64,000 nt of DNA from Auanema rhodensis (taxonomy: Eukaryota > Animalia > Nematoda): positions 21,886,001 through 21,950,000 of the forward strand of contig OZ059895.1 in assembly GCA_964057225.1 (NCBI GenBank), in the 5' to 3' direction. Below are positions 27,702 through 41,900 of this stretch, one piece after another. The translations under genes and the position numbers were made by a program. Within the stretch, counting starts at the first letter, position 1; each line of letters opens with the position of its first letter. The notes under the pieces were generated by a model. The model saw nothing but the letters and a program-made list of their open reading frames with translations. It ran no database searches and was not told where the DNA came from.

Positions 27702-30700
27702 TTAAGCGTTTCTCAATGTAGTATAGTGCATTCGATGCGGATTTTTAAGCTGCGTCGATCTGTGTTATCAGATTTGCGCTAGCTTAAAAATGCACCGAGA
27801 TATCAACTGATATAAGTTCACACTTATATCCTCGATTTTCACCCTGAAGAATTAATTTTTTCGTTGAATAACAATGTCCATCGTCTTTGCCTTGAAAAAA
27901 GGAATCTAAAAACATCTACTTTTTGCTAAATTATTCTGAAATTTTTCGAAAAAATTTTTGTCAAAATGTTTTTGGAAGCAATGTTGAGTGTACATGGAAA
28001 CTCAACATACACTAATGCATCATTTTTCAAACGATCATAACTAATTTTTGTATTAAGCGTTTCTCAATGTAGTATAGTGAATTCGATGCGGATTTTTAAG
28101 CTGCGTCGATCTGTGTTATCAGATTTGCGCTAGCTTAAAAATGCACCGAGATATCAACTGATATAAGTTCACACTTATATCCTCGATTTTCACCCTGAAG
28201 AATTAATTTTTTCGTTGAATAACATTGTCCATCGTCTTTGCCTTGAAAAAAAAAATCTGAAAACATCTACTTTTTGCTAAATTATTTTGAAATTTTTCGA
28301 AAAAATTTTTGTCAAAATGTTTTTGGAAGCAATGTTGAGTGTACATGGAAACTCAACATACACTAATGCATCATTTTTCAAACGATCATAACTAATTTTT
28401 GTATTAAGCGTTTCTCAATGTAGTATAGTGCATTCGATGCGGATTTTTAAGCTGCGTCGATCTGTGTTATCAGATTTGCGCTAGCTTAAAAATGCACCGA
28501 GATATCAACTGATATAAGTTCACACTTATATCCTCGATTTTCACCCTGAAGAATTAATTTTTTCGTTGAATAACAATGTCCATCGTCTTTGCCTTGAAAA
28601 AAGGAATCTAAAAACATCTACTTTTTGCTAAATTATTCTGAAATTTTTCGAAAAAATTTTTGTCAAAATGTTTTTGGAAGCAATGTTGAGTGTACATGGA
28701 AACTCAACATACACTAATGCATCATTTTTCAAACGATCATAACTAATTTTTGTATTAAGCGTTTCTCAATGTAGTATAGTGCATTCGATGCGGATTTTTA
28801 AGCTGCGTCGATCTGTGTTATCAGATTTGCGCTAGCTTAAAAATGCACCGAGATATCAACTGATATAAGTTCACACTTATATCCTCGATTTTCACCCTGA
28901 AGAATTAATTTTTTCGTTGAATAACAATGTCCATCGTCTTTGCCTTGAAAAAAGGAATCTAAAAACATCTACTTTTTGCTAAATTATTCTGAAATTTTTC
29001 GAAAAAATTTTTGTCAAAATGTTTTTGGAAGCAATGTTGAGTGTACATGGAAACTCAACATACACTAATGCATCATTTTTCAAACGATCATAACTAATTT
29101 TTGTATTAAGCGTTTCTCAATGTAGTATAGTGCATTCGATGCGGATTTTTAAGCTGCGTCGATCTGTGTTATCAGATTTGCGCTAGCTTAAAAATGCACC
29201 GAGATATCAACTGATATAAGTTCACACTTATATCCTCGATTTTCACCCTGAAGAATTAATTTTTTCGTTGAATAACAATGTCCATCGTCTTCGCCTTGAA
29301 AAAAGGAATCTAAAAACATCTACTTTTTGCTAAATTATTTTGAAATTTTTCGAAAAAATTTTTGTCAAAATGTTTTTGGAAGCAATGTTGAGTGTACATG
29401 AAAACTCAACATACACTAATGCATCATTTTTCAAACGATCATAACTAATTTTTGTATTAAGCGTTTCTCAATGTAGTATAGTGCATTCGATGCGGATTTT
29501 TAAGCTGCGTCGATCTGTGTTATCAGATTTGCGCTAGCTTAAAAATGCACCGAGATATCAACTGATATAAGTTTACACTTATATCCTCGATTTTCACCCT
29601 GAAGAATTAATTTTTTCGTTGAATAACAATGTCCATCGTCTTCGCCTTGAAAAAAGGAATCTAAAAACATCTACTTTTTGCTAAATTATTCTGAAATTTT
29701 TCGAAAAAATTTTTGTCAAAATGTTTTTGGAAGCAATGTTGAGTGTACATGGAAACTCAACATACACTAATGCATCATTTTTCAAACGATCATAACTAAT
29801 TTTTGTATTAAGCGTTTCTCAATGTAGTATAGTGCATTCGATGCGGATTTTTAAGCTGCGTCGATCTGTGTTATCAGATTTGCGCTAGCTTAAAAATGCA
29901 CCGAGATATCAACTGATATAAGTTCACACTTATATCCTCGATTTTCACCCTGAAGAATTAATTTTTTCGTTGAATAAAATTGTCCATCGTCTTTGCCTTG
30001 AAAAAAAAAATCTGAAAACATCTACTTTTTGCTAAATTATTTTGAAATTTTTCGAAAAAATTTTTGTCAAAATGTTTTTGGAAGCAATGTTGAGTGTACA
30101 TGGAAACTCAACATACACTAATGCATCATTTTTCAAACGATCATAACTAATTTTTGTATTAAGCGTTTCTCAATGTAGTATAGTGCATTCGATGCGGATT
30201 TTTAAGCTGCGTCGATCTGTGTTATCAGATTTGCGCTAGCTTAAAAATGCACCGAGATATCAACTGATATAAGTTCACACTTATATCCTCGATTTTCACC
30301 CTGAAGAATTAATTTTTTCGTTGAATAACAATGTCCATCGTCTTCGCCTTGAAAAAAGGAATCTAAAAACATCTACTTTTCGCTAAATTATTTTGAAATT
30401 TTTCGAAAAAATTTTTGTCAAAATGTTTTTGGAAGCAATGTTGAGTGTACATGGAAACTCAACATACACTAATGCATCATTTTTCAAACGATCATAACTA
30501 ATTTTTGTATTAAGCGTTTCTCAATGTAGTATAGTGAATTCGATGCGGATTTTCAAGCTGCGTCGATCTGTGTTATCAGATTTGCGCTAGCTTAAAAATG
30601 CACCGAGATATCAACTGATATAAGTTCACACTTATATCCTCGATTTTCACCCTGAAGAATTAATTTTTTCGTTGAATAACATTGTCCATCGTCTTTGCCT

Positions 30701-33700
30701 TGAAAAAAAAAATCTGAAAACATCTACTTTTTGCTAAATTATTTTGAAATTTTTCGAAAAAATTTTTGTCAAAATGTTTTTGGAAGCAATGTTGAGTGTA
30801 CATGGAAACTCAACATACACTAATGCATCATTTTTCAAACGATCATAACTAATTTTTGTATTAAGCGTTTCTCAATGTAGTATAGTGCATTCGATGCGGA
30901 TTTTTAAGCTGCGTCGATCTGTGTTATCAGATTTGCGCTAGCTTAAAAATGCACCGAGATATCAACTGATATAAGTTCACACTTATATCCTCGATTTTCA
31001 CCCTGAAGAATTAATTTTTTCGTTGAATAACAATGTCCATCGTCTTTGCCTTGAAAAAAGGAATCTAAAAACATCTACTTTTTGCTAAATTATTCTGAAA
31101 TTTTTCGAAAAAATTTTTGTCAAAATGTTTTTGGAAGCAATGTTGAGTGTACATGGAAACTCAACATACACTAATGCATCATTTTTCAAACGATCATAAC
31201 TAATTTTTGTATTAAGCGTTTCTCAATGTAGTATAGTGCATTCGATGCGGATTTTTAAGCTGCGTCGATCTGTGTTATCAGATTTGCGCTAGCTTAAAAA
31301 TGCACCGAGATATCAACTGATATAAGTTCACACTTATATCCTCGATTTTCACCCTGAAGAATTAATTTTTTCGTTGAATAACAATGTCCATCGTCTTCGC
31401 CTTGAAAAAAGGAATCTAAAAACATCTACTTTTTGCTAAATTATTCTGAAATTTTTCGAAAAAATTTTTGTCAAAATGTTTTTGGAAGCAATGTTGAGTG
31501 TACATGGAAACTCAACATACACTAATGCATCATTTTTCAAACGATCATAACTAATTTTTGTATTAAGCGTTTCTCAATGTAGTATAGTGCATTCGATGCG
31601 GATTTTTAAGCTGCGTCGATCTGTGTTATCAGATTTGCGCTAGCTTAAAAATGCACCGAGATATCAACTGATATAAGTTCACACTTATATCCTCGATTTT
31701 CACCCTGAAGAATTAATTTTTTCGTTGAATAACAATGTCCATCGTCTTTGCCTTGAAAAAAGGAATCTAAAAACATCTACTTTTTGCTAAATTATTCTGA
31801 AATTTTTCGAAAAAATTTTTGTCAAAATGTTTTTGGAAGCAATGTTGAGTGTACATGGAAACTCAACATACACTAATGCATCATTTTTCAAACGATCATA
31901 ACTAATTTTTGTATTAAGCGTTTCTCAATGTAGTATAGTGAATTCGATGCGGATTTTTAAGCTGCGTCGATCTGTGTTATCAGATTTGCGCTAGCTTAAA
32001 AATGCACCGAGATATCAACTGATATAAGTTCACACTTATATCCTCGATTTTCACCCTGAAGAATTAATTTTTTCGTTGAATAACATTGTCCATCGTCTTT
32101 GCCTTGAAAAAAAAAATCTGAAAACATCTACTTTTTGCTAAATTATTTTGAAATTTTTCGAAAAAATTTTTGTCAAAATGTTTTTGGAAGCAATGTTGAG
32201 TGTACATGGAAACTCAACATACACTAATGCATCATTTTTCAAACGATCATAACTAATTTTTGTATTAAGCGTTTCTCAATGTAGTATAGTGCATTCGATG
32301 CGGATTTTTAAGCTGCGTCGATCTGTGTTATCAGATTTGCGCTAGCTTAAAAATGCACCGAGATATCAACTGATATAAGTTCACACTTATATCCTCGATT
32401 TTCACCCTGAAGAATTAATTTTTTCGTTGAATAACAATGTCCATCGTCTTTGCCTTGAAAAAAGGAATCTAAAAACATCTACTTTTTGCTAAATTATTCT
32501 GAAATTTTTCGAAAAAATTTTTGTCAAAATGTTTTTGGAAGCAATGTTGAGTGTACATGGAAACTCAACATACACTAATGCATCATTTTTCAAACGATCA
32601 TAACTAATTTTTGTATTAAGCGTTTCTCAATGTAGTATAGTGCATTCGATGCGGATTTTTAAGCTGCGTCGATCTGTGTTATCAGATTTGCGCTAGCTTA
32701 AAAATGCACCGAGATATCAACTGATATAAGTTCACACTTATATCCTCGATTTTCACCCTGAAGAATTAATTTTTTCGTTGAATAACAATGTCCATCGTCT
32801 TTGCCTTGAAAAAAGGAATCTAAAAACATCTACTTTTTGCTAAATTATTCTGAAATTTTTCGAAAAAATTTTTGTCAAAATGTTTTTGGAAGCAATGTTG
32901 AGTGTACATGGAAACTCAACATACACTAATGCATCATTTTTCAAACGATCATAACTAATTTTTGTATTAAGCGTTTCTCAATGTAGTATAGTGCATTCGA
33001 TGCGGATTTTTAAGCTGCGTCGATCTGTGTTATCAGATTTGCGCTAGCTTAAAAATGCACCGAGATATCAACTGATATAAGTTCACACTTATATCCTCGA
33101 TTTTCACCCTGAAGAATTAATTTTTTCGTTGAATAACAATGTCCATCGTCTTCGCCTTGAAAAAAGGAATCTAAAAACATCTACTTTTTGCTAAATTATT
33201 TTGAAATTTTTCGAAAAAATTTTTGTCAAAATGTTTTTGGAAGCAATGTTGAGTGTACATGAAAACTCAACATACACTAATGCATCATTTTTCAAACGAT
33301 CATAACTAATTTTTGTATTAAGCGTTTCTCAATGTAGTATAGTGCATTCGATGCGGATTTTTAAGCTGCGTCGATCTGTGTTATCAGATTTGCGCTAGCT
33401 TAAAAATGCACCGAGATATCAACTGATATAAGTTTACACTTATATCCTCGATTTTCACCCTGAAGAATTAATTTTTTCGTTGAATAACAATGTCCATCGT
33501 CTTCGCCTTGAAAAAAGGAATCTAAAAACATCTACTTTTTGCTAAATTATTCTGAAATTTTTCGAAAAAATTTTTGTCAAAATGTTTTTGGAAGCAATGT
33601 TGAGTGTACATGGAAACTCAACATACACTAATGCATCATTTTTCAAACGATCATAACTAATTTTTGTATTAAGCGTTTCTCAATGTAGTATAGTGCATTC

Positions 33701-36700
33701 GATGCGGATTTTTAAGCTGCGTCGATCTGTGTTATCAGATTTGCGCTAGCTTAAAAATGCACCGAGATATCAACTGATATAAGTTCACACTTATATCCTC
33801 GATTTTCACCCTGAAGAATTAATTTTTTCGTTGAATAAAATTGTCCATCGTCTTTGCCTTGAAAAAAAAAATCTGAAAACATCTACTTTTTGCTAAATTA
33901 TTTTGAAATTTTTCGAAAAAATTTTTGTCAAAATGTTTTTGGAAGCAATGTTGAGTGTACATGGAAACTCAACATACACTAATGCATCATTTTTCAAACG
34001 ATCATAACTAATTTTTGTATTAAGCGTTTCTCAATGTAGTATAGTGCATTCGATGCGGATTTTTAAGCTGCGTCGATCTGTGTTATCAGATTTGCGCTAG
34101 CTTAAAAATGCACCGAGATATCAACTGATATAAGTTCACACTTATATCCTCGATTTTCACCCTGAAGAATTAATTTTTTCGTTGAATAACAATGTCCATC
34201 GTCTTCGCCTTGAAAAAAGGAATCTAAAAACATCTACTTTTCGCTAAATTATTTTGAAATTTTTCGAAAAAATTTTTGTCAAAATGTTTTTGGAAGCAAT
34301 GTTGAGTGTACATGGAAACTCAACATACACTAATGCATCATTTTTCAAACGATCATAACTAATTTTTGTATTAAGCGTTTCTCAATGTAGTATAGTGAAT
34401 TCGATGCGGATTTTCAAGCTGCGTCGATCTGTGTTATCAGATTTGCGCTAGCTTAAAAATGCACCGAGATATCAACTGATATAAGTTCACACTTATATCC
34501 TCGATTTTCACCCTGAAGAATTAATTTTTTCGTTGAATAACATTGTCCATCGTCTTTGCCTTGAAAAAAAAAATCTGAAAACATCTACTTTTTGCTAAAT
34601 TATTTTGAAATTTTTCGAAAAAATTTTTGTCAAAATGTTTTTGGAAGCAATGTTGAGTGTACATGGAAACTCAACATACACTAATGCATCATTTTTCAAA
34701 CGATCATAACTAATTTTTGTATTAAGCGTTTCTCAATGTAGTATAGTGCATTCGATGCGGATTTTTAAGCTGCGTCGATCTGTGTTATCAGATTTGCGCT
34801 AGCTTAAAAATGCACCGAGATATCAACTGATATAAGTTCACACTTATATCCTCGATTTTCACCCTGAAGAATTAATTTTTTCGTTGAATAACAATGTCCA
34901 TCGTCTTTGCCTTGAAAAAAGGAATCTAAAAACATCTACTTTTTGCTAAATTATTCTGAAATTTTTCGAAAAAATTTTTGTCAAAATGTTTTTGGAAGCA
35001 ATGTTGAGTGTACATGGAAACTCAACATACACTAATGCATCATTTTTCAAACGATCATAACTAATTTTTGTATTAAGCGTTTCTCAATGTAGTATAGTGC
35101 ATTCGATGCGGATTTTTAAGCTGCGTCGATCTGTGTTATCAGATTTGCGCTAGCTTAAAAATGCACCGAGATATCAACTGATATAAGTTCACACTTATAT
35201 CCTCGATTTTCACCCTGAAGAATTAATTTTTTCGTTGAATAACATTGTCCATCGTCTTTGCCTTGAAAAAAAAAATCTGAAAACATCTACTTTTTGCTAA
35301 ATTATTTTGAAATTTTTCGAAAAAATTTTTGTCAAAATGTTTTTGGAAGCAATGTTGAGTGTACATGGAAACTCAACATACACTAATGCATCATTTTTCA
35401 AACGATCATAACTAATTTTTGTATTAAGCGTTTCTCAATGTAGTATAGTGAATTCGATGCGGATTTTTAAGCTGCGTCGATCTGTGTTATCAGATTTGCG
35501 CTAGCTTAAAAATGCACCGAGATATCAACTGATATAAGTTCACACTTATATCCTCGATTTTCACCCTGAAGAATTAATTTTTTCGTTGAATAACATTGTC
35601 CATCGTCTTTGCCTTGAAAAAAAAAATTTGAAAACATCTACTTTTTGCTAAATTATTTTGAAATTTTTCGAAAAAATTTTTGTCAAAATGTTTTTGGAAG
35701 CAATGTTGAGTGTACATGGAAACTCAACATACACTAATGCATCATTTTTCAAACGATCATAACTAATTTTTGTATTAAGCGTTTCTCAATGTAGTATAGT
35801 GCATTCGATGCGGATTTTTAAGCTGCGTCGATCTGTGTTATCAGATTTGCGCTAGCTTAAAAATGCACCGAGATATCAACTGATATAAGTTCACACTTAT
35901 ATCCTCGATTTTCACCCTGAAGAATTAATTTTTTCGTTGAATAACAATGTCCATCGTCTTTGCCTTGAAAAAAGGAATCTAAAAACATCTACTTTTTGCT
36001 AAATTATTCTGAAATTTTTCGAAAAAATTTTTGTCAAAATGTTTTTGGAAGCAATGTTGAGTGTACATGGAAACTCAACATACACTAATGCATCATTTTT
36101 CAAACGATCATAACTAATTTTTGTATTAAGCGTTTCTCAATGTAGTATAGTGCATTCGATGCGGATTTTTAAGCTGCGTCGATCTGTGTTATCAGATTTG
36201 CGCTAGCTTAAAAATGCACCGAGATATCAACTGATATAAGTTCACACTTATATCCTCGATTTTCACCCTGAAGAATTAATTTTTTCGTTGAATAACAATG
36301 TCCATCGTCTTTGCCTTGAAAAAAGGAATCTAAAAACATCTACTTTTTGCTAAATTATTCTGAAATTTTTCGAAAAAATTTTTGTCAAAATGTTTTTGGA
36401 AGCAATGTTGAGTGTACATGGAAACTCAACATACACTAATGCATCATTTTTCAAACGATCATAACTAATTTTTGTATTAAGCGTTTCTCAATGTAGTATA
36501 GTGCATTCGATGCGGATTTTTAAGCTGCGTCGATCTGTGTTATCAGATTTGCGCTAGCTTAAAAATGCACCGAGATATCAACTGATATAAGTTCACACTT
36601 ATATCCTCGATTTTCACCCTGAAGAATTAATTTTTTCGTTGAATAACAATGTCCATCGTCTTCGCCTTGAAAAAAGGAATCTAAAAACATCTACTTTTTG

Positions 36701-38231
36701 CTAAATTATTTTGAAATTTTTCGAAAAAATTTTTGTCAAAATGTTTTTGGAAGCAATGTTGAGTGTACATGAAAACTCAACATACACTAATGCATCATTT
36801 TTCAAACGATCATAACTAATTTTTGTATTAAGCGTTTCTCAATGTAGTATAGTGCATTCGATGCGGATTTTTAAGCTGCGTCGATCTGTGTTATCAGATT
36901 TGCGCTAGCTTAAAAATGCACCGAGATATCAACTGATATAAGTTTACACTTATATCCTCGATTTTCACCCTGAAGAATTAATTTTTTCGTTGAATAACAA
37001 TGTCCATCGTCTTCGCCTTGAAAAAAGGAATCTAAAAACATCTACTTTTTGCTAAATTATTCTGAAATTTTTCGAAAAAATTTTTGTCAAAATGTTTTTG
37101 GAAGCAATGTTGAGTGTACATGGAAACTCAACATACACTAATGCATCATTTTTCAAACGATCATAACTAATTTTTGTATTAAGCGTTTCTCAATGTAGTA
37201 TAGTGCATTCGATGCGGATTTTTAAGCTGCGTCGATCTGTGTTATCAGATTTGCGCTAGCTTAAAAATGCACCGAGATATCAACTGATATAAGTTCACAC
37301 TTATATCCTCGATTTTCACCCTGAAGAATTAATTTTTTCGTTGAATAACATTGTCCATCGTCTTTGCCTTGAAAAAAAAAATCTGAAAACATCTACTTTT
37401 TGCTAAATTATTTTGAAATTTTTCGAAAAAATTTTTGTCAAAATGTTTTTGGAAGCAATGTTGAGTGTACATGGAAACTCAACATACACTAATGCATCAT
37501 TTTTCAAACGATCATAACTAATTTTTGTATTAAGCGTTTCTCAATGTAGTATAGTGAATTCGATGCGGATTTTCAAGCTGCGTCGATCTGTGTTATCAGA
37601 TTTGCGCTAGCTTAAAAATGCACCGAGATATCAACTGATATAAGTTCACACTTATATCCTCGATTTTCACCCTGAAGAATTAATTTTTTCGTTGAATAAC
37701 ATTGTCCATCGTCTTTGCCTTGAAAAAAAAAATCTGAAAACATCTACTTTTTGCTAAATTATTTTGAAATTTTTCGAAAAAATTTTTGTCAAAATGTTTT
37801 TGGAAGCAATGTTGAGTGTACATGGAAACTCAACATACACTAATGCATCATTTTTCAAACGATCATAACTAATTTTTGTATTAAGCGTTTCTCAATGTAG
37901 TATAGTGCATTCGATGCGGATTTTTAAGCTGCGTCGATCTGTGTTATCAGATTTGCGCTAGCTTAAAAATGCACCGAGATATCAACTGATATAAGTTCAC
38001 ACTTATATCCTCGATTTTCACCCTGAAGAATTAATTTTTTCGTTGAATAACAATGTCCATCGTCTTTGCCTTGAAAAAAGGAATCTAAAAACATCTACTT
38101 TTTGCTAAATTATTCTGAAATTTTTCGAAAAAATTTTTGTCAAAATGTTTTTGGAAGCAATGTTGAGTGTACATGGAAACTCAACATACACTAATGCATC
38201 ATTTTTCAAACGATCATAACTAATTTTTGTA
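27702..38231 (+). repeat. Three copies of a 10/11-monomer higher-order unit
   Basis: A(EcoRI)-C-C-D(A296)-D(T118,C235)-A-B-A(EcoRI,C45)-C starts at 28053, 31914 (+3861) and 35424 (+3510; this copy lacks the B monomer). Confidence 0.85.
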
Positions 38232-38933
38232 TTAAGCGTTTCTCAATGTAGTATAGTGCATTCGATGCGGATTTTTAAGCTGCGTCGATCTGTGTTATCA
38301 GATTTGCGCTAGCTTAAAAATGCACCGAGATATCAACTGATATAAGTTCACACTTATATCCTCGATTTTCACCCTGAAGAATTAATTTTTTCGTTGAATA
38401 ACAATGTCCATCGTCTTCGCCTTGAAAAAAGGAATCTAAAAACATCTACTTTTCGCTAAATTATTTTGAAATTTTTCGAAAAAATTTTTGTCAAAATGTT
38501 TTTGGAAGCAATGTTGAGTGTACATGGAAACTCAACATACACTAATGCATCATTTTTCAAACGATCATAACTAATTTTTGTATTAAGCGTTTCTCAATGT
38601 AGTATAGTGAATTCGATGCGGATTTTTAAGCTGCGTCGATCTGTGTTATCAGATTTGCGCTAGCTTAAAAATGCACCGAGATATCAACTGATATAAGTTC
38701 ACACTTATATCCTCGATTTTCACCCTGAAGAATTAATTTTTTCGTTGAATAACAATGTCCATCGTCTTCGCCTTGAAAAAAGGAATCTAAAAACATCTAC
38801 TTTTTGCTAAATTATTTTAAAATTTTTCGAAAAAATTTTTGTCAAAATGTTTTTGGAAGCAATGTTGAGTGTACATGGAAACTCAACATACACTAATGCA
38901 TCATTTTTCAAACGATCATAACTAATTTTTGTA

Positions 38934-41900
38934 TTAAGCGTTTCTCAATGTAGTATAGTGAATTCGATGCGGATTTTTAAGCTGCGTCGATCTGTGTTAT
39001 CAGATTTGCGCTAGCTTAAAAATGCACCGAGATATCAACTGATATAAGTTCACACTTATATCCTCGATTTTCACCCTGAAGAATTAATTTTTTCGTTGAA
39101 TAACAATGTCCATCGTCTTCGCCTTGAAAAAAGGAATCTAAAAACATCTACTTTTTGCTAAATTATTTTGAAATTTTTCGAAAAAATTTTTGTCAAAATG
39201 TTTTTGGAAGCAATGTTGAGTGTACATGGAAACTCAACATACACTAATGCATCATTTTTCAAACGATCATAACTAATTTTTGTATTAAGCGTTTCTCAAT
39301 GTAGTATAGTGCATTCGATGCGGATTTTTAAGCTGCGTCGATCTGTGTTATCAGATTTGCGCTAGCTTAAAAATGCACCGAGATATCAACTGATATAAGT
39401 TTACACTTATATCCTCGATTTTCACCCTGAAGAATTAATTTTTTCGTTGAATAACAATGTCCATCGTCTTCGCCTTGAAAAAAGGAATCTAAAAACATCT
39501 ACTTTTTGCTAAATTATTTTGAAATTTTTCGAAAAAATTTTTGTCAAAATTTTTTTGGAAGCAATGTTGAGTGTACATGGAAACTCAACATACACTAATG
39601 CATCATTTTTCGAACGATCATAACTAATTTTTGTATTAAGCGTTTCTCAATGTAGTATAGTGCATTCGATGCGGATTTTTAAGCTGCGTCGATCTGTGTT
39701 ATCAGATTTGCGCTAGCTTAAAAATGCACCGAGATATCAACTGATATAAGTTCACACTTATATCCTCGATTTTCACCCTGAAGAATTAATTTTTTCGTTG
39801 AATAACAATGTCCATCGTCTTCGCCTTGAAAAAAGGAATCTAAAAACATCTACTTTTTGCTGAATTATTTTGAAATTTTTCGAAAAAATTTTTGTCAAAA
39901 TGTTTTTGGAAGCAATGTTGAGTGTACATGGAAACTCAACATACACTAATGCATCATTTTTCAAACGATCATAACTAATTTTTGTATTAAGCGTTTCTCA
40001 ATGTAGTATAGTGCATTCGATGCGGATTTTTAAGCTGCGTCGATCTGTGTTATCAGATTTGCGCTAGCTTAAAAATGCACCGAGATATCAACTGATATAA
40101 GTTCACACTTATATCCTCGATTTTCACCCTGAAGAATCAATTTTTTCGTTGAATAACAATGTCCATCGTCTTCGCCTTGAAAAAAGGAATCTAAAAACAT
40201 CTACTTTTCGCTAAATTATTTTGAAATTTTTCGAAAAAATTTTTGTCAAAATGTTTTTGGAAGCAATGTTGAGTGTACATGGAAACTCAACATACACTAA
40301 TGCATCATTTTTCAAACGATCATAACTAATTTTTGTATTAAGCGTTTCTCAATGTAGTATAGTGCATTCGATGCGGATTTTTAAGCTGCGTCGATCTGTG
40401 TTATCAGATTTGCGCTAGCTTAAAAATGCACCGAGATATCAACTGATATAAGTTCACACTTATATCCTCGATTTTCACCCTGAAGAATTAATTTTTTCGT
40501 TGAATAACAATGTCCATCGTCTTTGCCTTGAAAAAAGGAATCTAAAAACATCTACTTTTTGCTAAATTATTCTGAAATTTTTCGAAAAAATTTTTGTCAA
40601 AATGTTTTTGGAAGCAATGTTGAGTGTACATGGTAACTCAACATACACTAATGCATCATTTTTCAAACGATCATAACTAATTTTTGTATTAAGCGTTTCT
40701 CAATGTAGTATAGTGCATTCGATGCGGATTTTTAAGCTGCGTCGATCTGTGTTATCAGATTTGCGCTAGCTTAAAAATGCACCGAGATATCAACTGATAT
40801 AAGTTCACACTTATATCCTCGATTTTCACCCTGAAGAATTAATTTTTTCGTTGAATAACATTGTCCATCGTCTTTGCCTTGAAAAAAAAAATCTGAAAAC
40901 ATCTACTTTTTGCTAAATTATTTTGAAATTTTTCGAAAAAATTTTTGTCAAAATGTTTTTGGAAGCAATGTTGAGTGTACATGGAAACTCAACATACACT
41001 AATGCATCATTTTTCAAACGATCATAACTAATTTTTGTATTAAGCGTTTCTCAATGTAGTATAGTGCATTCGATGCGGATTTTTAAGCTGCGTCGATCTG
41101 TGTTATCAGATTTGCGCTAGCTTAAAAATGCACCGAGATATCAACTGATATAAGTTCACACTTATATCCTCGATTTTCACCCTGAAGAATTAATTTTTTC
41201 GTTGAATAACATTGTCCATCGTCTTTGCCTTGAAAAAAAAAATCTGAAAACATCTACTTTTTGCTAAATTATTTTGAAATTTTTCGAAAAAATTTTTGTC
41301 AAAATGTTTTTGGAAGCAATGTTGAGTGTACATGGAAACTCAACATACACTAATGCATCATTTTTCAAACGATCATAACTAATTTTTGTATTAAGCGTTT
41401 CTCAATGTAGTATAGTGAATTCGATGCGGATTTTTAAGCTGCGTCGATCTGTGTTATCAGATTTGCGCTAGCTTAAAAATGCACCGAGATATCAACTGAT
41501 ATAAGTTCACACTTATATCCTCGATTTTCACCCTGAAGAATTAATTTTTTCGTTGAATAACAATGTCCATCGTCTTCGCCTTGAAAAAAGGAATCTAAAA
41601 ACATCTACTTTTTGCTAAATTATTTTGAAATTTTTCGAAAAAATTTTTGTCAAAATGTTTTTGGAAGCAATGTTGAGTGTACATGGAAACTCAACATACA
41701 CTAATGCATCATTTTTCAAACGATCATAACTAATTTTTGTATTAAGCGTTTCTCAATGTAGTATAGTGCATTCGATGCGGATTTTTAAGCTGCGTCGATC
41801 TGTGTTATCAGATTTGCGCTAGCTTAAAAATGCACCGAGATATCAACTGATATAAGTTTACACTTATATCCTCGATTTTCACCCTGAAGAATTAATTTTT

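Noticed and set aside
39773-39964. 63-aa minus-strand ORF (also 46091, 54164, 60833, 61184) as a real CDS
   Set aside because: It lies wholly inside the satellite monomer, exists only through one TAG-to-CAG SNP, is closed in about 177 other copies, and has no recognisable domain or gene context.
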